The translations under genes and the position numbers were made by a program. The notes beneath the pieces are model-generated. The model was not told the DNA's origin. It saw nothing but the letters and a program-made list of their open reading frames with translations, and ran no database searches. From NCBI RefSeq assembly GCF_009914755.1, contig NC_060930.1: a stretch of 64,000 bases of DNA; one strand, given 5' to 3'. Of the stretch, positions 1-13,194 are shown in pieces; within the stretch, counting starts at the first letter, position 1; the number at the start of each line of letters is the position of its first letter. The DNA comes from the human T2T-CHM13v2.0 reference genome, Homo sapiens.

Positions 1-247
1 GGCTCACGCCTGTAATCCCAGCACTTTGGGAAGCCAAGGCGGGCAGATTGCTTGAAGCCAGGAGTTCAAGATCAGCCTGGCCAATATGGTGAAACCCCGT
101 CTCTACCAAAAATACAAAAATTATCCAGGTGGGGTGGTGCACGCCCTTAATCCCAGCTACTCAGGAGGCTGAGGTGCGAGAATCACTTGTAGTGAGCCGA
201 GATTGCGCCACTGCACTCCAGCCTGGGTGACAGAGCGAGACTCTGTC
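1..247 (+). mobile_element. Alu (AluS-like), cut by the window edge, with a deletion in the right arm
   Basis: ggctcacgcctgtaatcccagcactttggg...gacagagcgagactctgtc. Confidence 0.95.
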
Positions 248-336
248 AGGAGAACGAAAGAATGAACAAATGAAAGAAGGAGAAAGAGAGAGAGAAAGAA
301 GGAAAGAAGAAGGGAGGAAGGAGGGAGGGAGGAAGA
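248..336 (+). repeat. GA-rich low-complexity purine tract (degenerate Alu tail)
   Basis: Runs of gaaa/gaag/ggag. Confidence 0.8.
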
Positions 337-399
337 AATGTGCATTTTCACAATGCACAATCAAAATGCACAAATCAAAATACACAATCAAAACTGTGC

Positions 400-680
400 A
401 TTTTGGCAGCCTGGGCAGGTAACAAGATGCACTAAAGGGAAGAGATATGAGGTTTGAGGAGATGAGTCATGCTGTGGCATGACCAGGTCGGCAGAGGTGG
501 CGATAGAGAAACAGACACGTGCGTGACTGAAGAAGAAGGAATCAGCTGGATCTGGTAACTGATAACAACCTGAGAAAGGGTAAGGCATCAAAGGCAATTC
601 TGCACTTCTAAGGGCGACTACCTATACAGAGTGGTATCATTAACAGAAAGCAAGAATTCAGAAAGCAGAACCAGACTAAG
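400..680 (-). mobile_element. Degenerate L2 fragment
   Basis: ggatctggtaactgat...aggcatcaaaggcaattc...gtggtatcattaacaga resembles antisense L2 consensus. Confidence 0.4.
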
Positions 681-2863
681 TTATTTATGAACACATGCCT
701 CTTCAAGACACTCATATATCAGGTAATTAATCAAAGAATCTGAATTCTAGTTAAAATATGAGAAGAACTTCAAAAGGTTGAGATTTGAATTTGGTGGGAT
801 GGGGTGAAATAGTCACTTTTAAAGAGGTTGGGATTGAGGTGGGGCACAACACCTAATGTGAAAATGTCCAAAAGAGAGCTAGAAATATGTGATTGAAACA
901 TAAAATAGTTTCAAGCCAAAATACAGACCTGAGAATTATTGGATATGGTAGAATCAAAAGAAGTGGGAGAGACCTCTATGAGAAAAATCATAGAAAAAGG
1001 CAGAGGCTGAGAACTAGAAAGAGATACGTGGGACACCCGACTACTGCCGTTATGGGGAACAAAAAAAGTCCAGGTTATCCATTCCTAGCCATATGAGCAT
1101 ACGGAGAATAATACAGCATTTCTCTTACCCTTAGCACTTAAGTAATAAGTACAAACATGTATTCACCATGTGTGTGTGCCAGGGTATGAACAGTCATAAG
1201 TCAGTGGGTCACAACCTACAAAGAAGCTGCTGTGGCCTTCATTTTAAAAGTGAGGAGACAGGTAAGGCTTAGAGAGATCGTACAGTTGGTCTGTGACATG
1301 TTTGGCACTCCAGCCCAGGGACTCTTTCTCTAGATGGCATGTCCTTCCCACTAGGGGGTTATGCACCCTCCTGAGTGGCCTTTACAGCAGACACACCTGC
1401 TCTCTAACCTTCTGTCACTTTCTACGGGAACTCTGTATGAGCCAAATGACTATTCACAGAAAACAGGCAAGAAATGCCAAATGCCCTTATGACCGGACTT
1501 AATTATTTATGACTATGTTATCCTTTAAGGCTGCTTCTCATATGTCAGGTAATGAAGCAGAAACCAAACCTCACTTCCAGTTAAAGCACAAGAAGAACCT
1601 CCAGAGAGTGAGATTTGATTTGAAAATCAAGTATGCTAAATTGTTCCTGTCTCAAGTTCTCCTCCATGGAACAATAATTAGAAGAGGAAACAATAATTGG
1701 AAAAGGGAAAGTGAACATGTCCTGCTTCTAAAATGTTACCAAGATCCCACAGCACATCCGCCCAATTTAATCCTTTTACCCAAGCTACTGCCGAAGCAGA
1801 AAAGAAAGGCAAGGATACCAAAGAGGCTGCTTTCCAAAGCATCTAAAGCTTCAACTATGAGAATTGTTCTAAAAGAACAACAGAATCAAACACTATTGTA
1901 GACAAGCACCGTAACTCAAAATTACAAACGAAAATTATCTGAATCCTCCAAGTCACAAAATGAGAACAAAGAGCCAAAAAGCCAATAAAGCAGAAAGTGG
2001 TATCAGAGTTTTAGCTGCTGGATAAAATTATGTAGCCTCAGAAACCTTGATACTACATATATTAGTTTATCAGATATTATTATTGAAATACGGGGCAATG
2101 GGGAATACTGCACCTGTGTAAAACTAATTCTGGGAGAGAATGACTATCAGATGTCTGGGTGTGTGTTAGGCAGAGGAGAGGTAAAGGGGTAATAATGACT
2201 ACGCAAACAGCAGAGAAAAGCAGTTCCTGAAACAAACCCCATGGTATAAGGCTTCAGAGTCTTCGCTGAAAATACCTAAGCATGCTAAGGGTTTTCCCAA
2301 GTTCTAGGCTTCAGTGCATTCTTTAGAGTTTCTTTCCTATGTTTCTAAGGCAATCTTTTTTTTTTTCAATTTCCCATTGCCAATGTCAGGAAAAAAGGGG
2401 GGTGATAAGCTGCAGAAGCCACATGGATACAACTGGGCCTGAGCTAAGAGACAGCCCAGTGAGTATGCAGTGGAGGAAAAGTTGTGTTTTTCAAAAAGAT
2501 ATAATTGCCCAGAAAAGCACTTTTGCAAAATAATGAAAACTAATAGCATGGGAACATTTATTTCCCAAGTTGGCTCACGTGTAACTTAGAAATGTTATTT
2601 CTGTATTTTCTGTGTGCAGATTGCCACCAAACCCATAGTTTGAAATAGCTGATAATCCAAAGAAAATAAAAACAACCCCTATGTGATCAAGAACAGACAC
2701 CTTAAGTGGAACAATTGCCTTTTATTAATAAAGTACTCATTCTAAAATATTTAAACTTGCTTCAAAGACCTTGTTTCCTTAAATTTCAAAACACTGAGGC
2801 ATGGTCATGAAATAACAACACATGCTATAAAATCCCACAGCTCAAAATCTAGTCTTGTTCTAA

Positions 2864-3172
<309 letters not shown>

Positions 3173-4420
3173 TAATTAATTATTTTCACCGTTTTTTCTT
3201 TCTTTTTTTTTAAAAAAACCTCCAATTCTGGTTTTCAATTTTTAGAAACTACATAAAGGTAAATAGAAGTGTGTGTTGAAAATGACATGAGCTTCTGGAA
3301 GGAAAAGCTCTCAGCATTCAAATGTATTGATAGAGATGCTCGAAATATTCAACTTTTTATAAGGACATTCAGCACCTGAAACGCAACACCTCTCTCTCAA
3401 GTCAGCGGGCAACTTCTTCAAAATGTACAATATTTGGTTCTTTTATCAGCCTGCTTCTCCACAAGTCCAAGCTGGGCTAGGCAGGATGGACTTCTTTCTG
3501 CCATTCCGGTCTCAGGGAGTGCTACCTTCTCTGAAGGACACTGACATAATGGCTACCCTCTTTTTAGCACATCACCTTACGTTCATTTTCTAATTTGTCT
3601 GCTTCTTTGTTCGCTGATTTTCTACCAATTAGACTGTCTACACAACAGTTACACATGTGCTTGTTTCCACTTCCAGCCTCCCCTGTGAGAACCCTGAGGT
3701 ACCAAGCCCAAAGCCTGGCGTGCAGCGCATGTCCAATCAGTATTTGTTTAAAAAAACGTGTGAGATAAATTAAACAGTTTCACACCTTTAACAAATTAAA
3801 CAGTATTTTAAAACAGTGCATTGAAGCATGAAGCAATAATTGCTCATTTCCTGTTGAGATAGGAAGGATAAGAGTTTATAATGGCAACATTATTTATGCT
3901 GAAATATGCCTCTGCCCTGGTTAAATCTTAAGCATAAGTTTCAAAATTACTTCAGAGTTGTATAATCACTACTATAAAAAAAGGCTTAAAATTTCTGATT
4001 TAAGGAGAAATTAGCAATTGTATTGTTAATTTTGTCGTCTTAAATCAAATCTTGTGCAGGCTTTTATAATATATTGTATATTATCTTCACTCCGAGTTGC
4101 AGAGGTACATTCTTTAAGGTTTTTAAATACTGGCTTACTTTCTGAAATAAATGTACAACCATTGGCCACAACCATTGGCCTAACAAGGCTGTTTCCACTT
4201 TATATTATAATTCTTCTTCACGCAGCATTTTTAAAGTTTAAAATTTACTTTTCTCATGTTTTCACATTTGTTTAATTCTGTGTGGAGGGTAGGAATTCTG
4301 TAGTGTGGTCTCAGAGGCAGAATACAATACTTAGGAACTTACATCAATCTCTTCAAGTAGAAAATAGATAAAGATATCTATATATCAGTGTATATGTAAT
4401 TATACTATATTGAGCTAGCT

Positions 4421-4607
4421 AGCTCTCAATATAAGCTAGCTATCAGTATTGTTATTCCTATACCTTATCATGATTACAGACACTGGAGAGACGATCTAGA
4501 AAACCCTGTCATATCAAGGCTTCACTGAGGTTGGGGAATCACGATTTAGAAAAGGGAAAAGGGAACAGCATATTGGAAAGGATGGCATGAATGCTGCCAT
4601 GGAAACA
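4421..4607 (+). repeat. 187-bp direct repeat, copy A (probably derived)
   Basis: Ungapped match to 6553-6739 with 11 mismatches by manual alignment. Confidence 0.95.
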
Positions 4608-4715
4608 TACTATAGACACATATACATACACACATATGTGTGTGTATCTGTGTGTGGATATAGGCTGCTTTAGTGCCACTCATAATTCCACAACATTGAA
4701 TACACTATAAAAGAT

Positions 4716-5021
<306 letters not shown>

Positions 5022-5285
5022 TGAATATACTATGAAACATTTTCTTCCAAAACATAATTATATGCAGAAAAAGACAGGTATCAGTGCCATCTCTCATTAT
5101 GAAAAATAAAGTTTCACTACAATGAAGTACTTAGATAACCATATTTATATTGATACATCAGAAAATCTAAAGAGGAAAAATAGAGATATAAATTAATAAT
5201 TTGTGGAGATTTTAAAAATACCAAAGATTAGTTAATGGAAAAGAAAATATTTTTAAAACTCTGGAAGGTTAAATAAAGTACTCAC

Positions 5286-5309
5286 AGTATTCTTCTGGCA
5301 AATTATTTC
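5286..5309 (-). CDS. MAP3K5: MAP3K5/ASK1 coding exon 3, 24-nt microexon (EIICQKNT, phase 0-0)
   Basis: Minus strand GAAATAATTTGCCAGAAGAATACT is the peptide that follows SLQSLK in ASK1. Acceptor TATTAAC...TTTTTTTTCTTGTTTTTCAG|, donor ACT|GTGAGT. Confidence 0.95.
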
Positions 5310-5482
5310 CTGAAAAACAAGAAAAAAAATATACCACAAGTTAATACAAAACTGAATAATTCAACAACATTTATTGAACTATGTGGGAAAATTTGTATTA
5401 ACAATGATATTAGCAATTAGAAATTTTAGGAACTGTAGATTCAGTTCCTGCATCTGAAAAGTTTTCTATCTATCTACCTACT

Positions 5483-5781
5483 TATTTTAGAGAAAAGGTT
5501 GCCTCTGTTGCCCAGGCTGGAGTACAATGGCACAATCATAACTCACTACAGCCACAAGCTCCTGGGCTCAAGTGATCCTCCCATCTCAGCCTCCCAAGTA
5601 GCTAGGACTACAGGCCTACAGGTACATGCCACCACAACCAGCTAATTTTAGTAATTGTTTTTGTAGAGACAAGATCTCACTATGTTGCTCAGGTTGGTCT
5701 CCAACTCCTGGCCTCAAGCAATTCTCCCACTCTGGCCTCCCAAAATGCTGGGATTACAGGTGCGAGCCACGATGCCCGGCC
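5483..5781 (-). mobile_element. Alu (AluJ-like)
   Basis: Reverse Alu with J-type ctcctgggctcaagtgatcctccc. Confidence 0.93.
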
Positions 5782-6151
5782 TAAAAAGTTTACAATCTGC
5801 GGAGGAGACAGGAGAATACGAAAGTATTGTCTGCAGTTTAAAAAACAAAACAAAGCAAAACAAAAAACCAGCACTAATATGTAAAATCCCCAAACTGAAT
5901 AACCTAAAAATAATTTCTGCAGATTACCTGATCAGCCACCATCTCCTTGGGAGGAGGTTAAAACGAGTTTGCTTTCCCTAAGCACAATGTCTCTCACACT
6001 CTGGGAGGGGAAAAAACAGTGTGTTACATCCTGAGCAGCTAGAAATAAAGGGTATTGGCCACCGGCAAATCCACACACAGATAATCAAGACATCTGACAA
6101 AAAATAGTCATAATTTGTGTGTTTTTCATTGAGAAATATAATGGGATAAAT

Positions 6152-6449
6152 GGCCGGGTGCAGTGGCTCATGCCTGTAATCCCAGCACTTTGGGAGGTGG
6201 AGGCAGGTGGATCACCTGAGGTCATGAGCTCGAGACCAGCCTGGCCAACATGGTGAAACTCCATCTCTACTAACAATACAAAAATTAGCTAGGCATGGTG
6301 GCACATGACTGCATGACTGTAATCCCAGCTACTCAGGAGGCTGAGGCAGGAGAATCACTTGAATCCAAGAGGCGGAGGCTGCGGCGAGCTGAGATCGCAC
6401 CACTGCACTCTAACCTGGGTGACAGAGTGAGACTCCTCAAAAAAAAAAG
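6152..6449 (+). mobile_element. Alu (AluS-like)
   Basis: ggccgggtgcagtggctca...poly-A; TSD-like aatgggataa on both sides. Confidence 0.95.
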
Positions 6450-6459
6450 AATGGGATAA

Positions 6460-6590
6460 GTACACAGTGTGGGCAGTGTGCCCATCTTCTAGGTTGTGAA
6501 GATTGAGTGAGATCATACAAATAATATAGCTATACAGTGCCTGACACATAAAAGCTCTCAATATAAGCTAACTATCAGTATTGTTATTCC
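6460..6590 (+). mobile_element. MIR 3' end
   Basis: ggttgtgaagattgagtgagat...acagtgcctgacacataaaagctctcaata. Confidence 0.65.
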
Positions 6591-6739
6591 TATACCTCAC
6601 CATGACTACAGACACCGGAGAGACGATCTAGAAAAGCCTGTTGTATCAAGGCTTCACTGAGGTTGGGGAATCATCATTTAGAAAAGGGAAAAGGGAACAG
6701 CATATTGGAAAGGATGGCATGAATGTTGCCATGGAAACA
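6553..6739 (+). repeat. 187-bp direct repeat, copy B (probably the source)
   Basis: Continuous with the upstream MIR and downstream L2-like sequence. Confidence 0.95.
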
Positions 6740-7041
6740 GAAATAGTAAGGCATTTGTGGAGCCTCAAGGGCGAGTCCATCTGGCTGAGGCAAGGAGCCA
6801 GATCTGGGAGGGAAGAGTGTGGCCAGGCGAGGCCCGGCTGAGTGGCCATCATCTTCAGCCCAGGACCAGGATGCTGAATCCACATGGGGCAAATAAGAAC
6901 CAACAAGGACTTTCATGCAAAGGAGCATGTAAGATTTTTGAATGTTTAAGGATAGCAGATGAGAAAACAAAAACTGACAGAGGAAAGAATTGCACTGGGT
7001 AGTTCTGAGGGCCATGAAGATGTACACAAAACACTAAAAAT

Positions 7042-7340
7042 GCCTGGTGCCGTGGCTGACGCCTGTAAATCTCAGCGCTTTGGGAGGCTAAGGCCGGAAG
7101 ATCACTTGAGACTAGGAGTTTGAGGCCAGCCTAGGCAACATGATGAGACTCTGCCTCTAGAAAACATTTAAAAATTAGCTGGGTGTCGTGGCACACACCT
7201 CACATCTATAGACCAAGCTACTTGGAAGGCTGGGGCAGGAGGATCACTTGAGCCTTGAAGATCGAGGCTGCAGTCAGCTATGACTGTGCCACTGCACTCC
7301 AGCTTGGGCAACAGAGCAAGATCCTGACTCAAAAAAAAAA
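7042..7340 (+). mobile_element. Alu (AluJ-like)
   Basis: Dimeric Alu, aggatcacttgagcc...gaggctgcagt. Confidence 0.92.
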
Positions 7341-7944
7341 TGACTAAAAGATATTCTTCAATACCTGACAATCTTGCTGATAGAAAAGGGACATGTACAC
7401 ATTTAATATTTATGTAAGTCTGGATGGAAATGTGTGTATACGCACAATTGCTAAAAGTAAAAAGAATGACAGAGACAGCAAGGGCTATGCTTTATCAGAG
7501 AAAGATGTTCCTGAAGATTGAGAAAGCCTGGGAAGCTCAGCAGAGAAGGTGGAACTCAAGCTGAGCTGTGAAGGACAGACACGACCTCCAAAGGCAAAGC
7601 CCGAAGGTGAGGATCCAGGCCGGAGAGCTAGGTAAAGCAAAGGCCCATCTGAGGAACAATAAACGTTATCACAGGGAGCTAAAGAAGACAGTTCAGTTGG
7701 GGACCTATGGAAGAGTGAATTAAAGAGGTACTTGGTGGGGGGGGGAACCCCTTGAACGTAGTCATTTGGCTAAAGCAGAAAGTTCATTTTGACACATACA
7801 AAAAGTAAGATTAGAAAGCTATTTGGAGCCTTACTGAAGAAGGCTTTGAATGCTACAATCAAGTACTCTGCTCTGTGAGCACCTGGCAGTCAACGTGTTT
7901 TTTAAGGTGAGTGATATGTTCAAAGAAGTATCAGCACGTATTGG

Positions 7945-8372
7945 GGCACCATTTGTACTAGTAAAGGCTGAGAACAACATAAATGGCCATAATCTAAAAA
8001 CTAGTTGAATAAACACTAGTACCTCCATACACTGGAATACATTACACCCAAACAAACAATGAAGAACCAAACAAACAATGAAGTGATAGAGAAGGATCTC
8101 CCAGATCTGCTAAGTAAAAAAAGCAAAATAGAGAACAGTTTTTTATCCTATGCTGCTATTTATGTATAAAAGAGAGAAAAATGAAATTCTAATTTGTAAA
8201 TTCATAAAATCTCTCTGGAAGGATGTATAAGAAACTAAAAACAGTGGTTGCCAATGGAGTCGGTTGGCTGACTAGAGGATAAAGGTAAAATAATAAATTT
8301 TCACTGTATATCATTTTGTACTTTTAAATGTTTGTAGCAAGTGAATGTATTACCTTAGGACAAATAAATAAA
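7945..8372 (+). mobile_element. L1ME-type 3' end
   Basis: ctctggaaggatgtataagaaact...cagtggttgcc...tttcactgtatatc motifs. Confidence 0.65.
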
Positions 8373-8429
8373 AGGTAAACCTTGTTAAAGTTTTACACAG
8401 ACTAATTTGATGATGTTACTTAGTATTAA

Positions 8430-8729
<300 letters not shown>

Positions 8730-9139
8730 ATTACTTAGTATTTGATGGGGAAAAGCATTTAGGTGGCTACTGAAAAAGTCCAGAGACATCATAGTAAGTG
8801 CTTAGTCAATGGGGGTGCTCCAGGAATGGAAATCAAGGGACAGATGAGTGGCATTGCAGAGGAAGGTTGAAAGTGGCTTTTCCTGCAGGTGTTTCAAATA
8901 GTTAATATTGCGCACACACAGAAATGGCTCACGAACAAGGAAGCTGAAAAATGTTGGATAATCACAAAGCCAGGAACACAGTATGCAGAATTTTTCAAAC
9001 TTGATCTATGGAGCATCTCTCCAGAGTAGCAAACCATACGCTTGCAAATATGGCTCTCACTTGATAGAATATCCTTCTCTCTTCCCCTCTGAGTAACGAG
9101 GAAATGCCCTCTCCGTCCTCTCTGTGCAGCATCCTCTGT

Positions 9140-9445
9140 GCAATGTATAAGAAACCTGTCTTCTGTGAAGCTGGCCTTCACTGTGTTCTGTGACACCCCC
9201 AACAGAAGTAGATTATGTCTTTATCTGTGTTGTCATTAATCCTCACACACATCTCCTCGAAAGCACTTCATTTTCTACATTGCACCTTTTTGTTCCTATG
9301 ATTCTCTCACCCTACATCATGACTTCCTCGCGTGCAAAGACCATGTATTTTATTCATATTTGTATCCTGACTGACTGTCTAGCAAATGTCATGACATACA
9401 GCGGGTACTACAAAAGCATGAATAAATGAATAAATTAATGAATGT
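9140..9445 (+). mobile_element. L2 3' end
   Basis: Ends in tgaataaatgaataaattaatgaatg, a typical L2 tail. Confidence 0.55.
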
Positions 9446-9919
9446 ATAAAATATTGGACTATGAATTAGGGGTAGATATATGTAAGATATGGCTCTGCTC
9501 CCAGCTAGCCATTTCACTTCTCTCTAATGTGACACTAAGAGAGTTTGACTAAGTGATTGCTAGTCTCTTCTAATGCTGTGTTCATCAATTGCTTTTGCCT
9601 AAAGGGCTCTCATAGTCAGTCTTGTCCTTGTGCTGCTAGAAGGAGAGATGCCCTCATGCTCCCCCAGCATACAAGATATTCTACCCTTGACTCTGTTTTT
9701 GATGCACCAGGCACAGAAATGGAAGTGGCAGGGAAGGGAGCAGTGGTGAGTACTGAGTGAGCAGAAGGCTCTATAGAAAAGCAAATGGCCACTACTGGCT
9801 TAGTGCCAATATGCTATATCTTCCTTATGAATTGCTCATTGGAATAATAACCCTCTTACATGTCTCCTCCATCTTCATTTCAGATTATGCATACCTTATA
9901 ATGCATGCATTTTAGATTA

Positions 9920-10159
<240 letters not shown>

Positions 10160-11556
10160 TTATGCTTTGTAGATGCTAAAGGGCTACAAATCCTGTTCTC
10201 CTGAAGGAGACAGAGTTTATTCACAGTTTATCATGTAACCTTAAAGGAGGCATCAACTTTAATGGAGCAAAGGTACTGTTTGTTCATTTAACTCAATCCA
10301 AATAAATAACAAATAAGACCTTGAAAGGTATCTAGAGCAGAGAATGCTTAATTTGTATTAAATCCACTAAAGAGGGGTGGGAAGGAAAGGGAATAAATTT
10401 AAGACATAACTGCTCTATTTCACATCAGCTCATGGAAATTTTCCTCTCAAGTACCTATGAATAAGAAGATAAAATCAATATAAACTCCAGTTCCTTGCCA
10501 GGGGCACATTTCTGAAGATGCATTACCCCACTACAACTCCATACTTGTCTGAGGTATTTAGGGGGCTTTTGGTCAGTGTAGCCCCGGCTATACCAGAAAC
10601 ATTCAAAAAAATTCTTTTCCTGATTTTCTGGTATTGGTTGATAACCAATTAAGGGGAGCAAGACTAAAAAAAAAAATCTAGTCCAAGGCTCATTTGAAGG
10701 CAAAGACTAACTTTTGATAGCTCTCTGGGACAGTGTTTGAAAAGGTCACCTCAGGGATAACTAAATGGAGTATTTCCACCACTAGAAAGTTTTTGTGCCT
10801 AAAATTTAGGTAACTGCAGCCAGCGAAAGAAGTGGGAATAGCAGGCATGGGGTGGCCAAGTCAAATCAAACTTGGGGTGGGAGAAGCAGGAATAGGAACC
10901 AGGATTTCACCTTCCTGAAAGAAGAGAAAGGAGCAGGCTTGGAGTTCTTGCCCAGGGAAAGAACCTCTCCCTGGCTGGTGACTTTCTGGGTCTTCCGTTC
11001 TGATCCATCTTTCTGTCCTAGTGGAACTTGGCAAGTTTTCCATTAAAGTTGGGGAAAAGAAGAATAATCCCTATACTCCTCAGCTCCATCTTCTTAACTC
11101 ATTTCAATGTGTCAAAAAAGCAAAACAAGAAACTATCAGATGGGCTGTCTGGGCCTCCTAGGCCTTGCTGAGAAGGAGAAACACCCCCGTACCCTTTCTG
11201 CACACTGCTAAAACAAGCTGAGCAGACTCAGGGAGAGTAATCCAACAAAAGTGTCATAGAGCCGTGACACAGAGTCTTTAAAGATAGATAGGAAACAAAG
11301 TACTTTTGTGTTTACATGTTATGCCTACATAAAAGCTCAAGCTTTAAAAGAAAAAAATCTCAATAATCTTAAAAAAAAAACCTAGAAAATCATCCTTTTG
11401 CAGAACATATGAAATCTGTGGATAGACTGAGAGAGGAAAGTACCAGATGACAAGTCAAAGAATATAGGGCTTATCCTTGCCCCGACACTAGCTGTGTGTG
11501 TTCCCCAAACAAGTCATCACGCGTCTCACTTCTCTTCTGTAAAGAAAATATCTTCT

Positions 11557-11879
11557 GGCCAGGAGCGTTGGCTCATGCCTGTAATCACAGCACTTTGGGA
11601 GGCAGAGGCAAGCAGATCACTGGAGCCCAGGAGTTTGAGACCAGCCTGGGAAACACGGCAAAACCCCATCTCTACAAAAAAATACAAAAATTAGCCAGGT
11701 GTAGCAGCATGTGCCTATACACCCAGCTACTCAGGAGGTCGAGATGGGAGGATTGCTTGAACCTGGGAGGTGGAGGTTGCACTGAGCCAAAATGGCACTA
11801 CTGCACCCCAGGCTGGGTGGACAAAGTCAGACCTCTCAAAAAAAAAAAGAAAGAAAGAAAGAAAAAAGAAAAAGAAAAT
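11557..11879 (+). mobile_element. Alu (AluJ-like) inserted in a MIR
   Basis: Full dimer with A/GAAA tail; MIR-like flanks at about 11480-11550 and 11880-12000. Confidence 0.93.
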
Positions 11880-12345
11880 ACCTTCTATCTCTCCAATCCA
11901 AATAATATCTAACTTGTCTGTCTCGTTGGGTTCTATGTAAAGGCCAAATGGAGTAAGTTAATGAAATTACTTGCAGTACTTTAAAGCTATTTATAGGAGG
12001 AGGTATTAATAAACCAAAGCAAACAACTCCAACTCAATTCCTGCACTGCCAGGTCTAGAGACCTTTTACACCTCTGTTATTCATGACGGGGGCTAAGAAC
12101 ACATCCTTCTCTTGCATATGAACACCTATCAATTAAAACAACCTGTACCAAAAATCAGGTTAAATTATATCAAAGCTGGAAAGTAATCCTAAAAGGAATT
12201 CTAGCCTCTCTTTTCCCTATTAATTTCTTTTCATATTTAAATAAGTATATCTTGGTGGAAGAACTCTGCCGTAAGTAGGTATCTGTCTCTAAACTGGCTG
12301 GAATGCTGATGAATGACATTTTATACATAAAGCATTTAATAGAGC

Positions 12346-12634
12346 TTTTTTTTTTTTTTTTTGAGACAGGGTCTCACTCTGTCACTCTATCACCCAGGCT
12401 GGAGTGCAGTGACATGATCTCAGCTCACTGCAACCTCAACCTCCCCAAGCTCAGGCAATTCTCCTACCTCAGCCTCCTAAGTAGCTGGGACTACAGGCAC
12501 GTACCACCATGACCAGCTAATTTTTGTAGAAACTGGGTCTCACTATGCTGACCAGGCTGGTCTTGAACTCCTGGGCTTAGGTGATCCACCTGCCTCAGCC
12601 TCCCAAAGTGCTGGGATTACAGCTGTGCCCGGCC
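12346..12634 (-). mobile_element. Alu (AluJ-like)
   Basis: Reverse Alu; TSD taatagagct/taacagagct. Confidence 0.93.
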
Positions 12635-12834
12635 TAACAGAGCTTCTTAACACAAACTTCACTTTATACTGTGTTGCTATTATAATTAACTTCTTCTTCT
12701 TTTTAACCAGTTGTTTCTTTCAGCAACACCTAATTGGGCCACATTATTCAAGTGCATGTATTACTTTTCTTAAACTGTATTGTTAAAGTTGGAGGTATAG
12801 TGAATTTTTCTACAGTAAATCATACTTTACACAT

Positions 12835-13194
12835 TGATATGGTTTGGCTGTGTCCCCACCCAAATCTCAACTCGAATTGTAGCTCCCATGATTCCCACAT
12901 GTTGTGGGAGGGACCTGGTAGGAGATAATTGAATTACGGGGGTGGTTTCCCCCATACTGTTCTCGTGGTAGTGAATAAGTCTCACGAGGTCTGATGATTT
13001 TATAAGGGGTTTCCCCTTCCACCTGGCTCATTCTATCTTGTCTGCTGCCATGTAAGATGTGCCTTTCACCTTCTGCCATGATTGTGAGGCCTCCCCAGCC
13101 ACATAGAACTGTGAGTCCATTAAACCTCTTTTTCTTTATAAATTACCCAGTCTCAGGTATGTCTTTATCAGCAGCATGAAAATGAACTAATACA
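12835..13194 (+). mobile_element. THE1 (MaLR) solo LTR, THE1B/C-like
   Basis: tgatatggtttggctgtgtccccacccaaatctc...aatgaactaataca; 360 bp, TG..CA ends, near-TSD cacat/cacac. Confidence 0.92.

Noticed and set aside
1509-1901. 130-aa Lys-rich plus-strand ORF
   Set aside because: No recognisable family; composition is explained by A-rich sequence; antisense within an intron.
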